Assembly (NCBI RefSeq): GCF_009914755.1 | Contig: NC_060937.1 | Reading direction: 5' to 3' (one strand) | Origin: the human T2T-CHM13v2.0 reference genome, Homo sapiens | DNA length: 64,000 nucleotides | Part shown: in pieces, positions 41,221 through 55,181 of the stretch | Position numbering within the stretch: position 1 is the stretch's first letter | Layout of the letters: each line of letters opens with the position of its first letter | Notes under the pieces: model-generated | Told to the model about the DNA's origin: nothing | Seen by the model: the letters and a program-made list of their open reading frames with translations, nothing else | Databases searched by the model: none | Made by a program: the position numbers and the translations under genes

Positions 41221-42824
41221 TGCTATATTTTTCTTTTAAAAATTATTTTTAATTGACATATAAAATTGTATGTATTTGTGTACAACAAAATTTGAAGTGT
41301 ATCTACATTGTGAATAAATGAATCTAGCTAATTAACATATTACTTGATATCATTGTCAGTTTGGGGATGAAAACACTTAACATCCACTCTCTTACTATTT
41401 TTAAAGAATACAATATACAGTGATTAACTACAGTCACTATGTTATAAAATATATTGCTTAAATTTATTTCTCCAATCTAACTCAAATTTTGTATCCTTTA
41501 TCCAACATCACTCCAACATGTCCCCCCACACCAAATACCCAAACTGTTTGTCCCCACCATTCTGCTCTCTAGCTCTATTAAATCAACTTTTTATATTCCA
41601 CACACAAGTGAGAGCATGCAGTACTTGCCTTCTGTGCCTGGCTTATTTTGCTTAATATACTGTCCTCAGTTTATCCATGATGCCATAAATGGCAGAACAT
41701 CCTTCTTTTTTGTGACTGAATAGTATTTTATTGTGTAAATATGCAACAAATTCTTTATTGGTTCATCCATTGATTAACTAGGTTAATTAGTTAACTTGGC
41801 TACTGTGAATAATGCTGCAATAAACAGGGAAGGGCAGACATCTCTTTGACATTCTGATTTTGTTGTCTTTGGATATATACCCAGTAGTGGGATTACTAGA
41901 TTGTATGGTGGTTTTACTATCATTTTTTTGAGGAATTGCCATACTGTTTTCCATAATGACTGTGCTAATTTACATTCTCATCAATGAGGTATAAGGTTTC
42001 TCTTTTCTTCACATCTGTGATACCACGTGTTATCTCTGTCTTTTTGATAATAGCCATTCTAACAGGTGTGAGGTGGTATCTCATTGTGGTTTTAATTTAC
42101 ATTTCCCTGATGATTCATGAAATTGATGGTTAGTATATATACATACATACCTGTTAGCTATTTATATGTCTTCTTTTGATAAATGTCTATTCATGTTCTT
42201 TGCTTATTTTTAAATCAGGTTATTTGTTTTCTTCCTATTAAGCTATTTGAATTATTTACATATTTTCGATATTAATTCCTCATCAGATGAATACTGTATA
42301 AACACCTCTCCCATTCTGTAAGTTGTCCCTTCACTCTTGATTATTTTCTCTGCTGTGCATAGCATTTTGATTTGATAGAATCCCATTTGTCTATTTTTTA
42401 CATTTGGTGCCTGTGCCTTTAATGTCATATCAAAAATTATTTCCATGACCTATTTTATGGAGCTTTTCCCCTAACGTTTTCCTCTAGCAGTTTTATAGTT
42501 TCATGTCTTGCATTCATTTTGGGTTTATTTTTGTATATGGTTTGAGATAAATGTCTATTTTCATTCCTCTACAGATGGATATTCAATTTTGTCTACATCA
42601 GTTATTGAAGAGACAATCCTTTTCCATTGTGTGTTCTTTTAAAAAGTGTTGTATTAATATATGATATTTATATGTATTTGTGGTGTACATTTGAGTATTT
42701 ATTGTATGCATGGAATGTGTAATGATCAAGTCAGGGTATGTGGGGTATCCATTGCCCTGAGTAGTTATCACTTCAATGTGTTAGCAATATTTCAAGTCCT
42801 CTCTACTAGCAATTTTGAAATATA

Positions 42825-43556
42825 TGTTAACAACAAAAGAAAAGGTGACTGAGGCAAGTATCTTGATCAGTAGAGGTTTATTGAGCCAAAGTTTGAAAAT
42901 GTGCCAGCAAAAACATAAGTCATAGCAACATCTGTGACCTATGCTTTCCAAAGAGGGTTTTGGGAACTCAGTATTTAAGGGGAGACATCACACAGGAGAG
43001 AAAAACGTGAGGGGTGTAAGGTATGAGGCAAATGATTACATTCTTGTGAGGCTCTAATAAGCACTTAGTAAATCAATTATTTATATAATATAAGGTAAAA
43101 ATTTAAAAAGAGGAAGTAAAGGAAAGAATCAATCATGCAGCCATCTAAGGATGAGCAGAAAAGTGATTGATCTTATCTTATCCTTGTTGTGTATCTGGGA
43201 AGATAATCCTGTTATTGGCATTGTCAGTGTGATATTTAAAATAACTTAGTTTTAGGAGTTAAACTTAAGTTGCAGACCCAAGATTACATCTGGCCAGTGC
43301 TTGTTTTGTAGGGTGATATATATCCTGAAAGATTTTAGGGTCTAACAGGGAATTTCCTTGTGAGCAATTTGTGAGGGAGGCCTTTTGTTGTTGTGGAAAT
43401 CTTGCATATGTATAATGCTATGACAGAGGGTTGTAAAATTACAGCTCTCTGACTGGGGAATAAGAATGGCAATGTTGCACGATTCAGTTCTCAGGCTTAA
43501 GTTGTCCCTTTGCATGAAAATTATGGGGGTCCCCATATTTCCTTTTCTTTTTTACT
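42825..43556 (-). mobile_element. ERV1 solo LTR (MER4-group), ~730 bp
   Basis: Starts with TG; 'gtttattgagccaaag' minus-strand poly(A) signal; 4-bp near-TSD tata/tgta; the host L1 resumes afterwards. Confidence 0.8.
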
Positions 43557-44101
43557 TGTACAGTTTGTTGTTAACTGTAGTCACCCTACTCTACAATCAA
43601 ACATTGAGACTTGTTCTTTCCGTCTAATGGTATGTTTGTTTACCTTAGCCAAATTCTCTTCAAATCCTGCACACAGACACACCCTTCCCAGCCTCTGGTA
43701 ATTATCATTCTACTCTCTACTTCTATTAGATCAATTATTTTAGCTCCCACATGTGAGTAAAAACATATTTGTCTTTCTGTGCCTGGGATACTTCACTTAA
43801 TATAATGATGTATAGTTCCATCCATGCTGCTGCAAATGATTGCACTTGATGTTTTTTATAGCTGAATAGTATCCCATTGTATATATACAAACATGTATAT
43901 ATATAATACGTACACAAACATACACAGACACACACACACATATATATACACCACATTTTTTAGTCTATTCCTTCATTGATGGAAATTTAGGTGATCTCAT
44001 ATCTTTGCTGTTATGAATAGTGCTGCAATAAACAAGCAAGTGCATGAATTCCTTTTTTTTGTACTGATTTTCTCTCCTTAGGATAAATACCTAACAGTGG
44101 G

Positions 44102-46416
44102 TGTATTAGTCCGTTTTCATACTGCTGATAAAGACATACCTGAGACTGGGAAGAAAAAGAGGTTTAATGGACTTACAGGTCCACATGGCTAGGGAAGACT
44201 CACAATCATGGTGGAAGGCAAGGAGGAGGAAGTCACATCTTACAGGGATAATAGCAGGCAGAGAGAGAGCGCTTGTGCAGAGAAACTCTCCTTTTTAAAA
44301 CCATCATAGCTTGTGAGATTTATAGACTATCATGAGAATAGCACAGAATAAAATAGGCCCCCATGATTCAATTACCTCCCAATGAGTCCCTCCCACAACA
44401 TGGGAATTCTGGGAGATACAATTCAAGATGACATTTGGGTGGGGACACAGCCAAACCATACCATTCCACCCCTGCCCCCCGCAAAATCTCATGTCCTCAC
44501 ATTTCAAAACCAATCATGCCTTCCCAACAGTCCCCCAAAGTCTTAACTCATTTCAGCATTAACTTAAAAGTCCACAGTCCAATGTCTCATCTGAGACAAG
44601 GCAGGTCCCTTCCGCCTATGAGCCTGTTAAATCATAAGTCATAAGCAAGTTAGTTACTTCCTAGATACAATGGGAATACAGGCCTTTGGGTTAATACAGC
44701 CATTCCAAATCGGAGAAACTGGCCAAACCAAAGGGACTACAAGCCCCATGCAAGTCCAAAATCCAGCAGAAAGTCAAATCTTAAAACTCCAAAATTATCT
44801 CCTTTGACTCCATGTCTTGCATCCAGGTCATGGTGATGTAAGAAGTGGGTTCCCATGGTCTTGGGCAGCCCCACCCCTGTGGCTTTGCAGGGTGCACTCT
44901 CCTTCCCAGCTGCTTTCACAAGCTGGCATTAAGTGTCTGTGGCTTTTCCAGGTGCAGGTTGCAAGCTGGCAGTGGATGTACCATTCTGTGGTCTGGAGGA
45001 CAGTGGCCCTCTTCTCACAGCTCCACTAGACAGTGCCCCAGTAGGGCTCTATGTGGGGGCTCCAACCACACATTGCTCTTCTGCCCTGCCTTAGCAGAGG
45101 TTCTCCCTGAGAGCCCCACCACTGCAGCAAAATCCTGCCTGGACATCCAGGCATTTCCATACATCCCCTGAAATCTAGGTGGAGGTTCCCAAACCACAAT
45201 TCTTGACTTCTGTGCACCCACAGGCTCAACACCATGTGGAAGCTTCCAATGCTTGAGGCTTGCACCCTCTGAAGCCACAGCTTGAGGTGTACCTTGGAGT
45301 CCTTTAGCCATGGTTGCAACAGCTAGGACACAGGGCACCAAGTCCCTAGGGTGAACATAGCAGGGGGGCCCTGGACCTGGCCCAGGAAACCATCTTTTCC
45401 TTCAAGGCCTCTGGGCTGTGATGGGAGGGGCTGCTGTGAAGTCCTCTGACATGTCCTAGAGACATTTTTCCCATTGTCTTGGAGATTAACATTCAGCTTC
45501 TTGTTACTTATGCAAATTTTTGCAACTGGCTTGAATTTCTCCTCAGAAAATGGGATTTTCTTTTTTATCACATTGTCAGGCTGCAAATTTTCCAAACTTC
45601 TATCCTCTGCTTTTGTTATAAAATTGAATGCCTTTAACATCATCCCAGTCACCTCTTGAAGCGGCTTTGCTGCTTAGAAGTTTCTTCTACCAGATGCCCT
45701 AAATTACCCCTCTCAAGTTCAAAGTTCCACAAATCTGTAGTGTAGGGACAAAATGCCGCTAGTCTCTTGGCTAAAACATAACAAGAGTCACCTTTGCTCC
45801 AGTTCCCAAGAAGTTTCTCATTTCCATTTGAGACCACCTCAGCCTGGATTTTATTGTCCATATCACTATCAGCATTTTGGACAAAGCCATTCAACAAGTC
45901 TCCAGGAAGTTTCAAACTTTCCCACATTTCTCTGTCATCTTCTGAGCCCTCCAAAAAGTTCTAACCTCTCCCTGTTACCCAGTTCCAAATTCACTTCCAT
46001 ATTTTGGGGTATCTTTTCAGCAACACCCCACTCTACTGGTGTCAATTTACTGTATTAGTCTGTTTTCATGCTGCTGATAAAGACGTACCCGAGACTGGGA
46101 AGAAAAAGAGGTTTAATGGACTTACTGTTCAACATGGCTGGGGAAGCCTCACAATCATGGCAGAAGGCAGGGAGTAGCAAGTCATGTCTTAGATGGATAG
46201 CAGCAGGCAAAGAGAGAGTGTTTGTGCAGGGAAACTCCTTTTTTAAAACCATCACATCTCATGAGACTTATTCACTATTAGGAAAATAGCACAGAAAAGA
46301 CCACCCCCCATGATTCAATTATCTTTTACTAGGTCCCTGACACAACACGTGGGAACTGTGGGAGATACAATTCAAGGTATCTTGAATTTTGATGGGGACA
46401 CAGTCAAATCATATAA
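44102..46416 (-). mobile_element. Full-length THE1C-like element: 3' LTR 44102-44463, internal 44464-46050, 5' LTR 46051-46416
   Basis: Two homologous LTRs and a 1.59-kb internal region with broken MaLR ORF pieces (45649..45954 MEGSEDDREMWESL; 45323..45652; 45015..45341). Perfect TSD GTGGG (44097-44101, 46417-46421). Confidence 0.96.
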
Positions 46417-47442
46417 GTGGGTTTACTAAATTTTATGATAGTTTCCATTTTTAGTTTTTTGAAAAATCTTCATACTGTTTTCCATAAAGGCTGTACTAAT
46501 TTATATTCTTACCCACAGTGTAGAAGAGTTTTGTTTTCTCCACCTCCTTGCCAGTATTGTTATTGTTTGTCTTTTTCATAGTAGCCCTTCTAACTGGGGT
46601 AAAATGCTATCTCATTGTGCATTGCATTTCTCTTATAATTAATGATATTGAGCATTTTTTTCATATACTTGGCCATTTGCATGTTCCTTTGAAAACTGTC
46701 TATATATGACCTTTGCCAACTTTTTAGTGGGATTATTAGTGATTTTGCTGTTGAGTTGTTTGAGTGCCTTGTGCATTCTGGATACTAGCCTCTTGTCTAT
46801 GTGAATTGTTTGTAAATATTTTCTTCCACTTAACAGGTTGTCTCTTCACTCTGTTGATTGTTTTCTTTGTTATGCAGAAGCTTTCTAGTTGAACAGAATC
46901 TCATTTGTCTATTTTTGTTTATGTTGCCTAAGCTTCTGGTGTCTTAGTGATAAAAACTGTGCCTAGATCAATATCTTATAATATTTTCCCATTGTTTTCT
47001 TTCTAGTAGTTTTATAGTTTCAGGTCTTATGTTTAGGTATTTTAGTTAATTTTTGTATCCATATAGAGTGAGGGGTGTAGTTTTATTATTCAGCATATGA
47101 ATATCCAGTTTTCCCACACCATTTATTGTAAAGGGTTCATTTATTTATGTATGTTCTTAATGTCTTTGTCAAAAATCAGATTTTACAATTGGCTGTAAAT
47201 AAGTGAATTTATTTATGGGTTCTCTACTCTGTTCCATTGTTCTGTGTTTCTGTTCTTATGTCAATAACAAGCCAATTTGATTACTATAGCCTCTAATATA
47301 TTTTGAAGTCAGGTAGTGTGTTGTCACATCATTTTTCTTTTTGCTCAGGATAACTTTGGTTATTTAGTCTTTTTTATGGTGCCATATAAGTATTAGGAGT
47401 TTTTTTTTTTCTGTATCTGTGAAAAATGACATCAGTGTTTTG

Positions 47443-47553
47443 ATAGGAATTGCACTGAATTTGTAGATTTGTTTGTGTAGTATGGTCATTTTTGCAATAG
47501 GAATTGCATTGAATTTGTAGATTTGTTTGTGTAGTATGGTCATTTTTGCAATA
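47443..47553. repeat. 54-bp tandem duplication within L1
   Basis: ataggaattgca(c/t)tgaatttgtagatttgtttgtgtagtatggtcatttttgca x2, 1 mismatch. Confidence 0.95.
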
Positions 47554-48409
47554 TTAATTCTTCAGATCCATGAGCATAAGATGTTTTTCCATTTTTTTTT
47601 CTCTCCAATTGTGTGATCTTAAGAACCTTCCAAAGAATTAGTTGGCTAAAGATATATAAATTTATTTCTGGGCTTTCTATTCTATTTCATTAGTCTATAT
47701 TTTTCCTTTTTTTTTTTTAATGTCAGTTCCTTGCTCTTTTGACTACTGTACCTTTGTAGTATATTTAGGAGTCAGATAGTGTGATGTCTGCAGCTTTGTT
47801 TTTATTTTTATTATTTTTTCTCAAGATTGCTTTTGTCATTTGGAGTTTTGTGGTTCCATATGAATTTTAGGATTTTTTTTCTAGTTTTGTGAAGACTGTC
47901 GTTGGTAACTTGGTAGCGATTACATTGCATCTGTAGATCATTCTGAGTAGTATAAACATTTTAATAATGTTAATTACTTCAACTCATAAACACAGGATAT
48001 CTTTCCATTTATTTCTGTCTTTAATTTTTAAAAAATATTTTATAATTTTTATTGTAGAGATATTTAACTTCCTTAGTTAAATTTATTTCTAAGTATTTCA
48101 ATTTTTGTTAATAATGTAAATAAAATTATTTTGTTAATTTACATTTTAGATAGTCTGCTCTTAGTGTATAGAAACACTACTGATTTTTGTAAGTTGATTT
48201 TGTGTCTTACAACTGTACTGAATTTGTTTATTAGGTGCGTAAATTTTCAGGGGTATCTTTAGAGTTTTTTATAAATATGATATTGCTGTCTGCAAACAGG
48301 AAAAATTTAACTTCTTGTTTTCCAACCTGGGTGTCTTCTACTTCTTTTTCTTGCCTAATTGCTCTTGCTAGGACTTCTAATACTATGTTGAACAGAAGTG
48401 GCAAGAGTA

Positions 48410-48641
48410 ATGTTCTCCCTTTTAAGTCAGAGCTAAACAAAGGGTACACAGGGACATAAAGATGGAAACAATAGACACCAGGGACTCCAAAAAGGGGGAG
48501 GGTGGAAAGCACGTGAGGGTTGAGAAATTACCTATTGGTATAATAGTCCCTATTTGGAGGATGCATACACTAGAAGTCCAATCTCCACCATTACACAATA
48601 TGTCCATGTAAAAGACCTGCACATGTACTGCCTGATTTTTT
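48410..48641 (+). mobile_element. Short L1PB-type 3'UTR insertion lacking poly(A)
   Basis: L1 3'UTR motifs; 14-bp TSD aagtg(g/a)caagagta at 48396-48409 and 48642-48655. Confidence 0.88.
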
Positions 48642-49197
48642 AAGTGACAAGAGTAGACATCAATGTCTTATCTAGATCTTAGAGAAAAAGCTTTTAACTT
48701 TTTCCTGTTGAACATTATTTTAGCTGTGGGTTTGTCATGTATAGCCCTTATTGTGTTGAGTTTATCCCTTCTGTGCCTAATTTATTGAATTGTTTAATCA
48801 TCAAAGAATGGTTAATTTTGCCAAATGTTTTTTCTTCATTTACTGAAATGATTATATGGTTTTGTCCTTCATTTTGTTAATGGGATGTATTACATTTATT
48901 GATTTATTTGTATTAAACCATCGTTGTAACAATAGAATGAATCCACTTGATCATGATGAATGATATTTTCAGTGTGCTGTTGAACCCAGGTTGCTAATAT
49001 TTTGTTGAGAATTTCTGAATCTAGCTTCATCAAGGATATCATCAGGGATACCAGCCTGTAGTTCTCTTTTTTACTGTGTCCTTATCTTTTGTTAGTATCA
49101 GGATAATGCTGGCTCCATAAAATGTGTTTGGAAGAATTCCTACCTCTTTAATTTTTTGTAAGAGTTTGGGGGAAAATGCCATTAGTTCTCTTTAAAA

Positions 49198-49447
<250 letters not shown>

Positions 49448-50764
49448 TCAGTAGTAAAGCCATCAGGTCCTGGGTCTTTTTATTACTTATTCAATTTCAT
49501 TACCCTTTATTGCTCCATTAATATTTTCTCTTTCTTCATAAGTGAATCACAGTAGGTTGTATGTGTCTGGTAATTTGTCCATTTCATCTAGGTTACCCAA
49601 TTTATTGGTATATAATTGTTCATAATGGTCTCTTATAATCCTTTGTATTTCTATTGTTTCAATTGTAATGTCTCTTTTTTCATATCTGATGTTATTTGAC
49701 TATTCTCTTTTTCTTAGTATTAACTAACTAAAGTTTTGCCAATTGTGTTTATCTTTTGAAAACCAGCTTTCAGTTTTATTGATCTTTTCTATTGTTTTTC
49801 TAGTCTCCATTTCACTTCTTTCTGCCCTGATATTTATTATTTCTCTCCTTCTACTGAATTTGGAATTAATTTATTCTTGTTTTTCTAGTTCCATCATTTG
49901 AGTTCTTTATTGGAGATTTTTCTTGTCTTTTGATGTGGTTGTTTATTGTTATAAACTTTTCCCTTTGAACTGCTTTAATATATCCCATAAGTTTTGGTAT
50001 GTTTCCATTCTTGTTTACTAAAAAAACTTTTAAATTTTTCCTTTTATTTCCTCACTGACCTACTGGCTTTGAAATTAATAAATATGTGTCTCTGGTAAAG
50101 TATGTAGATCATAAAAATGTATGTTTTTCTATTTTTATATTCATTTTGAATGCCAAAACAAGAACACATTGCTATTATGAATGTGTTAATGATAACATAC
50201 AATGTTTTTATTCAGTATCTTTATTTATATACGTAAAAATCTGTCAGTAACTTATTGAATGAAAACATAATTCTATGTATGTGTCAATTTTCAAGTAAAA
50301 GTTTCAAATGTTGTTTTAAAAAATCTGATTTAAAATTATTCCTCTTGTAATCTTTATATTTACCTTTTCTTTTGTGTATTTTTTATATGAAATTGGTCTT
50401 AATAAACTTGGAGTTTTGTTTTTTGTATACCTAAAAGAATTTAACTCAATCCTCAGAAATAGGGCATTAAATCGTAAATCTGCCAAAAAAAATTTGATTC
50501 CTGCTAGACATTCTTGAATTTAAATAATTGTTCAGGTACTATCTTCCAACATTCAACATATTACTGAAGGATAGCCTTCTGACAAACAGTAAAATGAAGT
50601 CACATATTTTGGCAAACTGTGAAAGGAGGAAGAACTTCAAGTGTTTTAAACACATTTTATTATTTGAGAATATTTGGCACCAGTCATTTTTGTGCTATTT
50701 CTTTTCTTGTAGAAAGGAAGAAATTTGTAGGTGTTTTGCAGCTTTCTCAAGGTCACTCCACTGA

Positions 50765-50860
50765 TACATATATCTATATATATTTATATATGTATGTAAA
50801 GAATATACATATATTTATCTATATAAAGAATATATATAAAGTATATATATATATTTATAT
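50765..50860. repeat. Degenerate (TA)n tract
   Basis: Directly visible. Confidence 0.88.
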
Positions 50861-52132
50861 TCTTTTTACAGTAGAACCTCATATATTTTGATTTCCAAGA
50901 ACAAAACAAAGCAAAGCAAAAGGATTTCAAGCCTTAGTATAAGTACCCAAAGATTGGTGTTAGGTCCATTACCTGGCCCCACTTCTCAGAACTTCTTAAC
51001 TTTGTTGCTTTTAAATTTATTTAACAATGACAATAATGCCAGTAAACAGAACTGGGGTAAAGAGAATTGAGCATGTCTTGGATTTAGTGGAATTAACTCC
51101 AGAAGGAATTGCAACATAGAGAATGAGTCAAGGCATTTGGGTTGAGATCAAATTTTAACCCTTTGAAACTTAGGGCCAGGACAAGGCCTCTGCAAAATGG
51201 TCTGGACCTGAAGAGTTATAAAACAGTGTATGAGATGGTGCTATAATGAAGTCCAGACTATGGATTTGAAGGTATAAGGAGGCAAGGTTGGAAGAAAGCA
51301 TAATTCACAAATTATTCTCAGGTCAGAGAGATACAGGACTCAAAACATAAAAACATATGCCTATGGAATGTGGAATAAATATTATTTGAAGTGAAATTTT
51401 GAACACCTTCTTTTATGGCTTGACTTTAATTTGAATATATAAAAAGCAGTTGTATTAAAGTAAGAATGCCATTAATCTATTTTTGGACTTACATTTGTAT
51501 TACTCTTTAGTTATGATGAAATTAGGTTAATAGACTTTGTTCTATTCCCTCTCAAGTGACATTTCTGTAATACTGTAAGATCAAATGAGTAAAACTATGA
51601 GAATGATGAATATTTATTTGTCAAGTTGTTTTTTCCACTATTACATTTTTCAAAAATATAACTTTCCTCCAATGGAATATTATTGTCACTCACTAAAGTT
51701 CTTGTGCTCCAAATCCTTTACATATTGAATAATATCCCCTATCTGGTACTTTTGATACATCAAGGAATCTTCAATGGCTTCAAGATACATTCTTAAGTTA
51801 TTAAAATATGACATATTTTAATTACTGTAAACACTAAATAAATGGCAGAAAAAATACTTTTGTAAGAGTAAAATGCAGAGAAATAGATGCAAAGATAAAG
51901 AGCAACCTAAAAATGATGATGTTATTTGATTTGACACTTTGTTTGTTAGTTATATGGTTAGTTTATTTGGTTGGTTTATATGTGATTGTTATCTCATATG
52001 GTCTCTTAAAAGTTTATTAGTACAAACACCATAAAATTATACATAGCTATAGAAAGTTTTAACAGTAGAAGCAGACATGTCAGGTATAGAATTATTGTAA
52101 TTGCTTGCAAAGTCTGTGACTAAGGACTTACA

Positions 52133-52335
52133 CAGCATTGTGTTGAAGCCTACTCAGACCATCTCATCTTTTCCATACTCCATGTTCAATAATGTCAGGA
52201 TGGCAGCTTGGAAGTGGCCATCATGTGAGGATTTACACTACAAAAATTGACAAATGTTAAAAAATCAAGACTTTATTTAAAAAATTTTTTTTGAGTGTGA
52301 TTATTAAATATTTATTATTTATTAGTGTACCAATT
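52133..52335. mobile_element. MER63A-like hAT-Blackjack element
   Basis: 'gcagcttggaagtggccatcatgtgaggatttacactacaaaaattgacaaatgtt' matches the recalled MER63 core. Confidence 0.7.
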
Positions 52336-55181
52336 AGATTACCTGTTGAGATTAATGTTATATAAACGATTTAACTTTTTTTAGAGCTAGTTAAATATTA
52401 TTTTACTTGTTGCTACATTTGGTGTATATTAGGAATATAAAGCAGCTTTCAATTAAGCATGTAAAGCTATGTATTAAAAGAGTCAGTATGACACTAACTT
52501 ATCTAAAGACTAGTGTCAATAACACAAAATTTTTAAAGTACTACTTAAAATTCCTTATGCCAAAGTAATTATATACTTTATGAAAACAAATGTAAACATG
52601 TGTGAGTTGGTTTCTTCATAAATGTCTTTTGAGAAAAGTAAGTCATCAAACCTCTGCTGAGTAATTCTGACTTAAGTGTTATTTAATGAAAATGTCGTCT
52701 CTGGATGTGTTCGTGTTTTCTATAAGATATTCTATCAGACTCATAGGTGAGTAAACCTTTAATGGTTTAATCTGCAATGGTGAAAGAATAAAAAGTTGGC
52801 TGAATCTTGAAGGGAGCCAAATTTGGAAAATCAGTTGAAGTATGATTCAATCTACATTATGCACTTTTCCTCTCAACATTTTGTCACTTATATTGTTGAA
52901 AGGGATCTGGTGATTTTGTTTTAATTTAACACTTGAAATAGTTCCTTCTTTCAATCTTTGCTGTTTTTGTTCTTAAAGTAATTTCCGTTTTTAAATGTAG
53001 AAGTAGCATGTTTGATATATCCTACTTAAAAATTATATTTTACATTCTATGTGAACACACAGGTTTAATTAAGTGAAACCTATCTATTCAGTAATATGTA
53101 GGTCACATGGAACTATGGAGTGTATTGCTTATTTTAAATATAAAGAGCTAGTCTATGTTTTATACTTTATCCAGGAATTTTAGATCTTTCTAAACATTTA
53201 CTATTATCATTAATTTGTTGCTAGTATTATGCTTGTGTATACATAACTCTATCCCATATGAATTCTGTGTTGAATTAAAAATTAGTACAAATGGTTTAAA
53301 TAAATAATGTACACAATATCTTATGTAGTGTTAAATTTTACTCATATATAGTAAACATAGACTCTAATTTATCGTAAAAATCAATAAGCGTACATCATGA
53401 AAAATTAATTAAAATCCATGGAGTGAAGCACAGTATTCACTGGCTAGCAAGAGAGGTAGAAACATGCTGAAGAAGAAAGTCGAGCAAGTGTAGTGACTCA
53501 GCTGATGTTCTCCACTGAAAGAAATGGGTTTTAAGCTCAATGAAATGAAAGATCCAAAACCTTAATATATCTCTCACGGTCGGACTAGGATGCATCCCAA
53601 TAGCATGACTTTTAAAACTGCAGAACTTAAATAAGATGAAAAATGCTTATTAAGCTCTTTAGATCAAATTCTAGATTTCCTAAATCCCCTGTAAAGCGAT
53701 TATGAAGTGTCTCTTAAAGTGAGAGCTGTTTTAGAATTAAGGAGATAGAGCATTTGCCTAACTGCATTGCAGCAAAATTAGCGATACTGGGAAGAGCATA
53801 GTTGTCCCAGCAATCATCAGCTGTTTTCTTGATTTTCCCAGAATTTGTGATCTACAGGGTCTTTTTCACATGTATTCATTATTGTTGCTTTCTAAATGCT
53901 ACATTAACAACATATTTTTCTTAGATTCTGCTAGCTAGAGTTAGACAAACTTTTAATAAACTAGATAAGAAAGGCGTAATGGAGAATTCCTCTGCAGAAC
54001 TTCGGACTAATTTCCCTCAACTTTTGCTTTCTTTTTCTGGCCTCACAATCAGCCCATCCCCTCCCAGTTCAGCCCTATAAATTAGAAACACTTTTATCTG
54101 AAGCTGTCAGCTCAGTTCTTCAAAGATAACTTCCAAACTAGTCAGCCTTATCTATAGGGAGGGGCAGGGAGTGGCCTGGAGCACTAATATGTTTTTCAAA
54201 GATCACTCAGAACATGGTGAGAGTATTAGCCTGTGACAAGAGGAAGCGAGTCTTGTCAAATTTGCTCCAATTAAATGGTACAGACTTCTCTCAGAACAGC
54301 TTCTTTCTGTTGGGAGTACAGTAATGTTTGGTGACTTTATTCCTCAGGCTAATGCTGGATTTTTCAGACGTGCCAGAAGAAAGAAGATTTAAAAAAAGAT
54401 ACTCATTCCTGTCGTGTCAGGATTCAGAAATTCGCTGCCAACGCAAGTCAGGTTGTGCTTAAGCAAGCTTTCTTAGTAAATGATCCTAAGAAAAGAGAAA
54501 GCTCAAGCTTTTGCATTACCCTCAAGAGAACCAAAGCCATTACACTGATCCAGTCATCTTTGACTCAATAGACCTCTTACTAGTAAAGGACTGCAGTTAA
54601 ATTTATTTAAAATTGATTCGTTTTACTCTATTGAATTTAAGATATTTAAATATGCACAGAATTTCTAACTTAAAAAAAAGTTGTTCCTAGAATGTATTAG
54701 ACTTCCAAAGAACTAAGTGAATCTTCACTGACATAAACTGTATTTTAAGCATGTGACCATAACTTTCCATTTGCTCAGGACTGCTAGGTGAAGGAAAGCT
54801 AGTATTGATCAAGCTTTTAAAGCTCTTCTTTTAATTTAGGCAACTAGAGTCAACACTACTTATCAATTGCAAATTTTATTCATCTTAAAATACAGCTGAG
54901 GTAAAATATAATCTATTTTCTTAACTGTATGTAGTGGTAGTAATAGAAGTTGCAAACAAACTTTTACTCCTAATTATATAATTTGATACTGAATTTATAA
55001 AGTCAAGAATTTGTAAGAATCAATAGTTCAGATAAGAAATATCAGTTCCAATAATAGGTTGGCACATTAAGAAAAAAGTTTGGAATGCTTTAATTCATAA
55101 TAGAATGCTTATGGAATATATTTTAATCTAACCTTATAAAATACCTAAAAATGTACTCACTATTTTTAAAATATTATCAAA

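Larger units (their letters stand above)
42639..47607 (-). mobile_element. Nested L1MA2/3-like element, 5'-truncated
   Basis: A new L1 3' end starts at 42639. TSD attgtgtg(t/a)tctt at 42626-42638 and 47608-47620. EN-type site TCTT/AA. Confidence 0.85.

Noticed and set aside
44304-46289. Dense ORF cluster in a GC-richer island
   Set aside because: It is fully explained by the THE1 LTRs and the frameshifted MaLR internal ORF.
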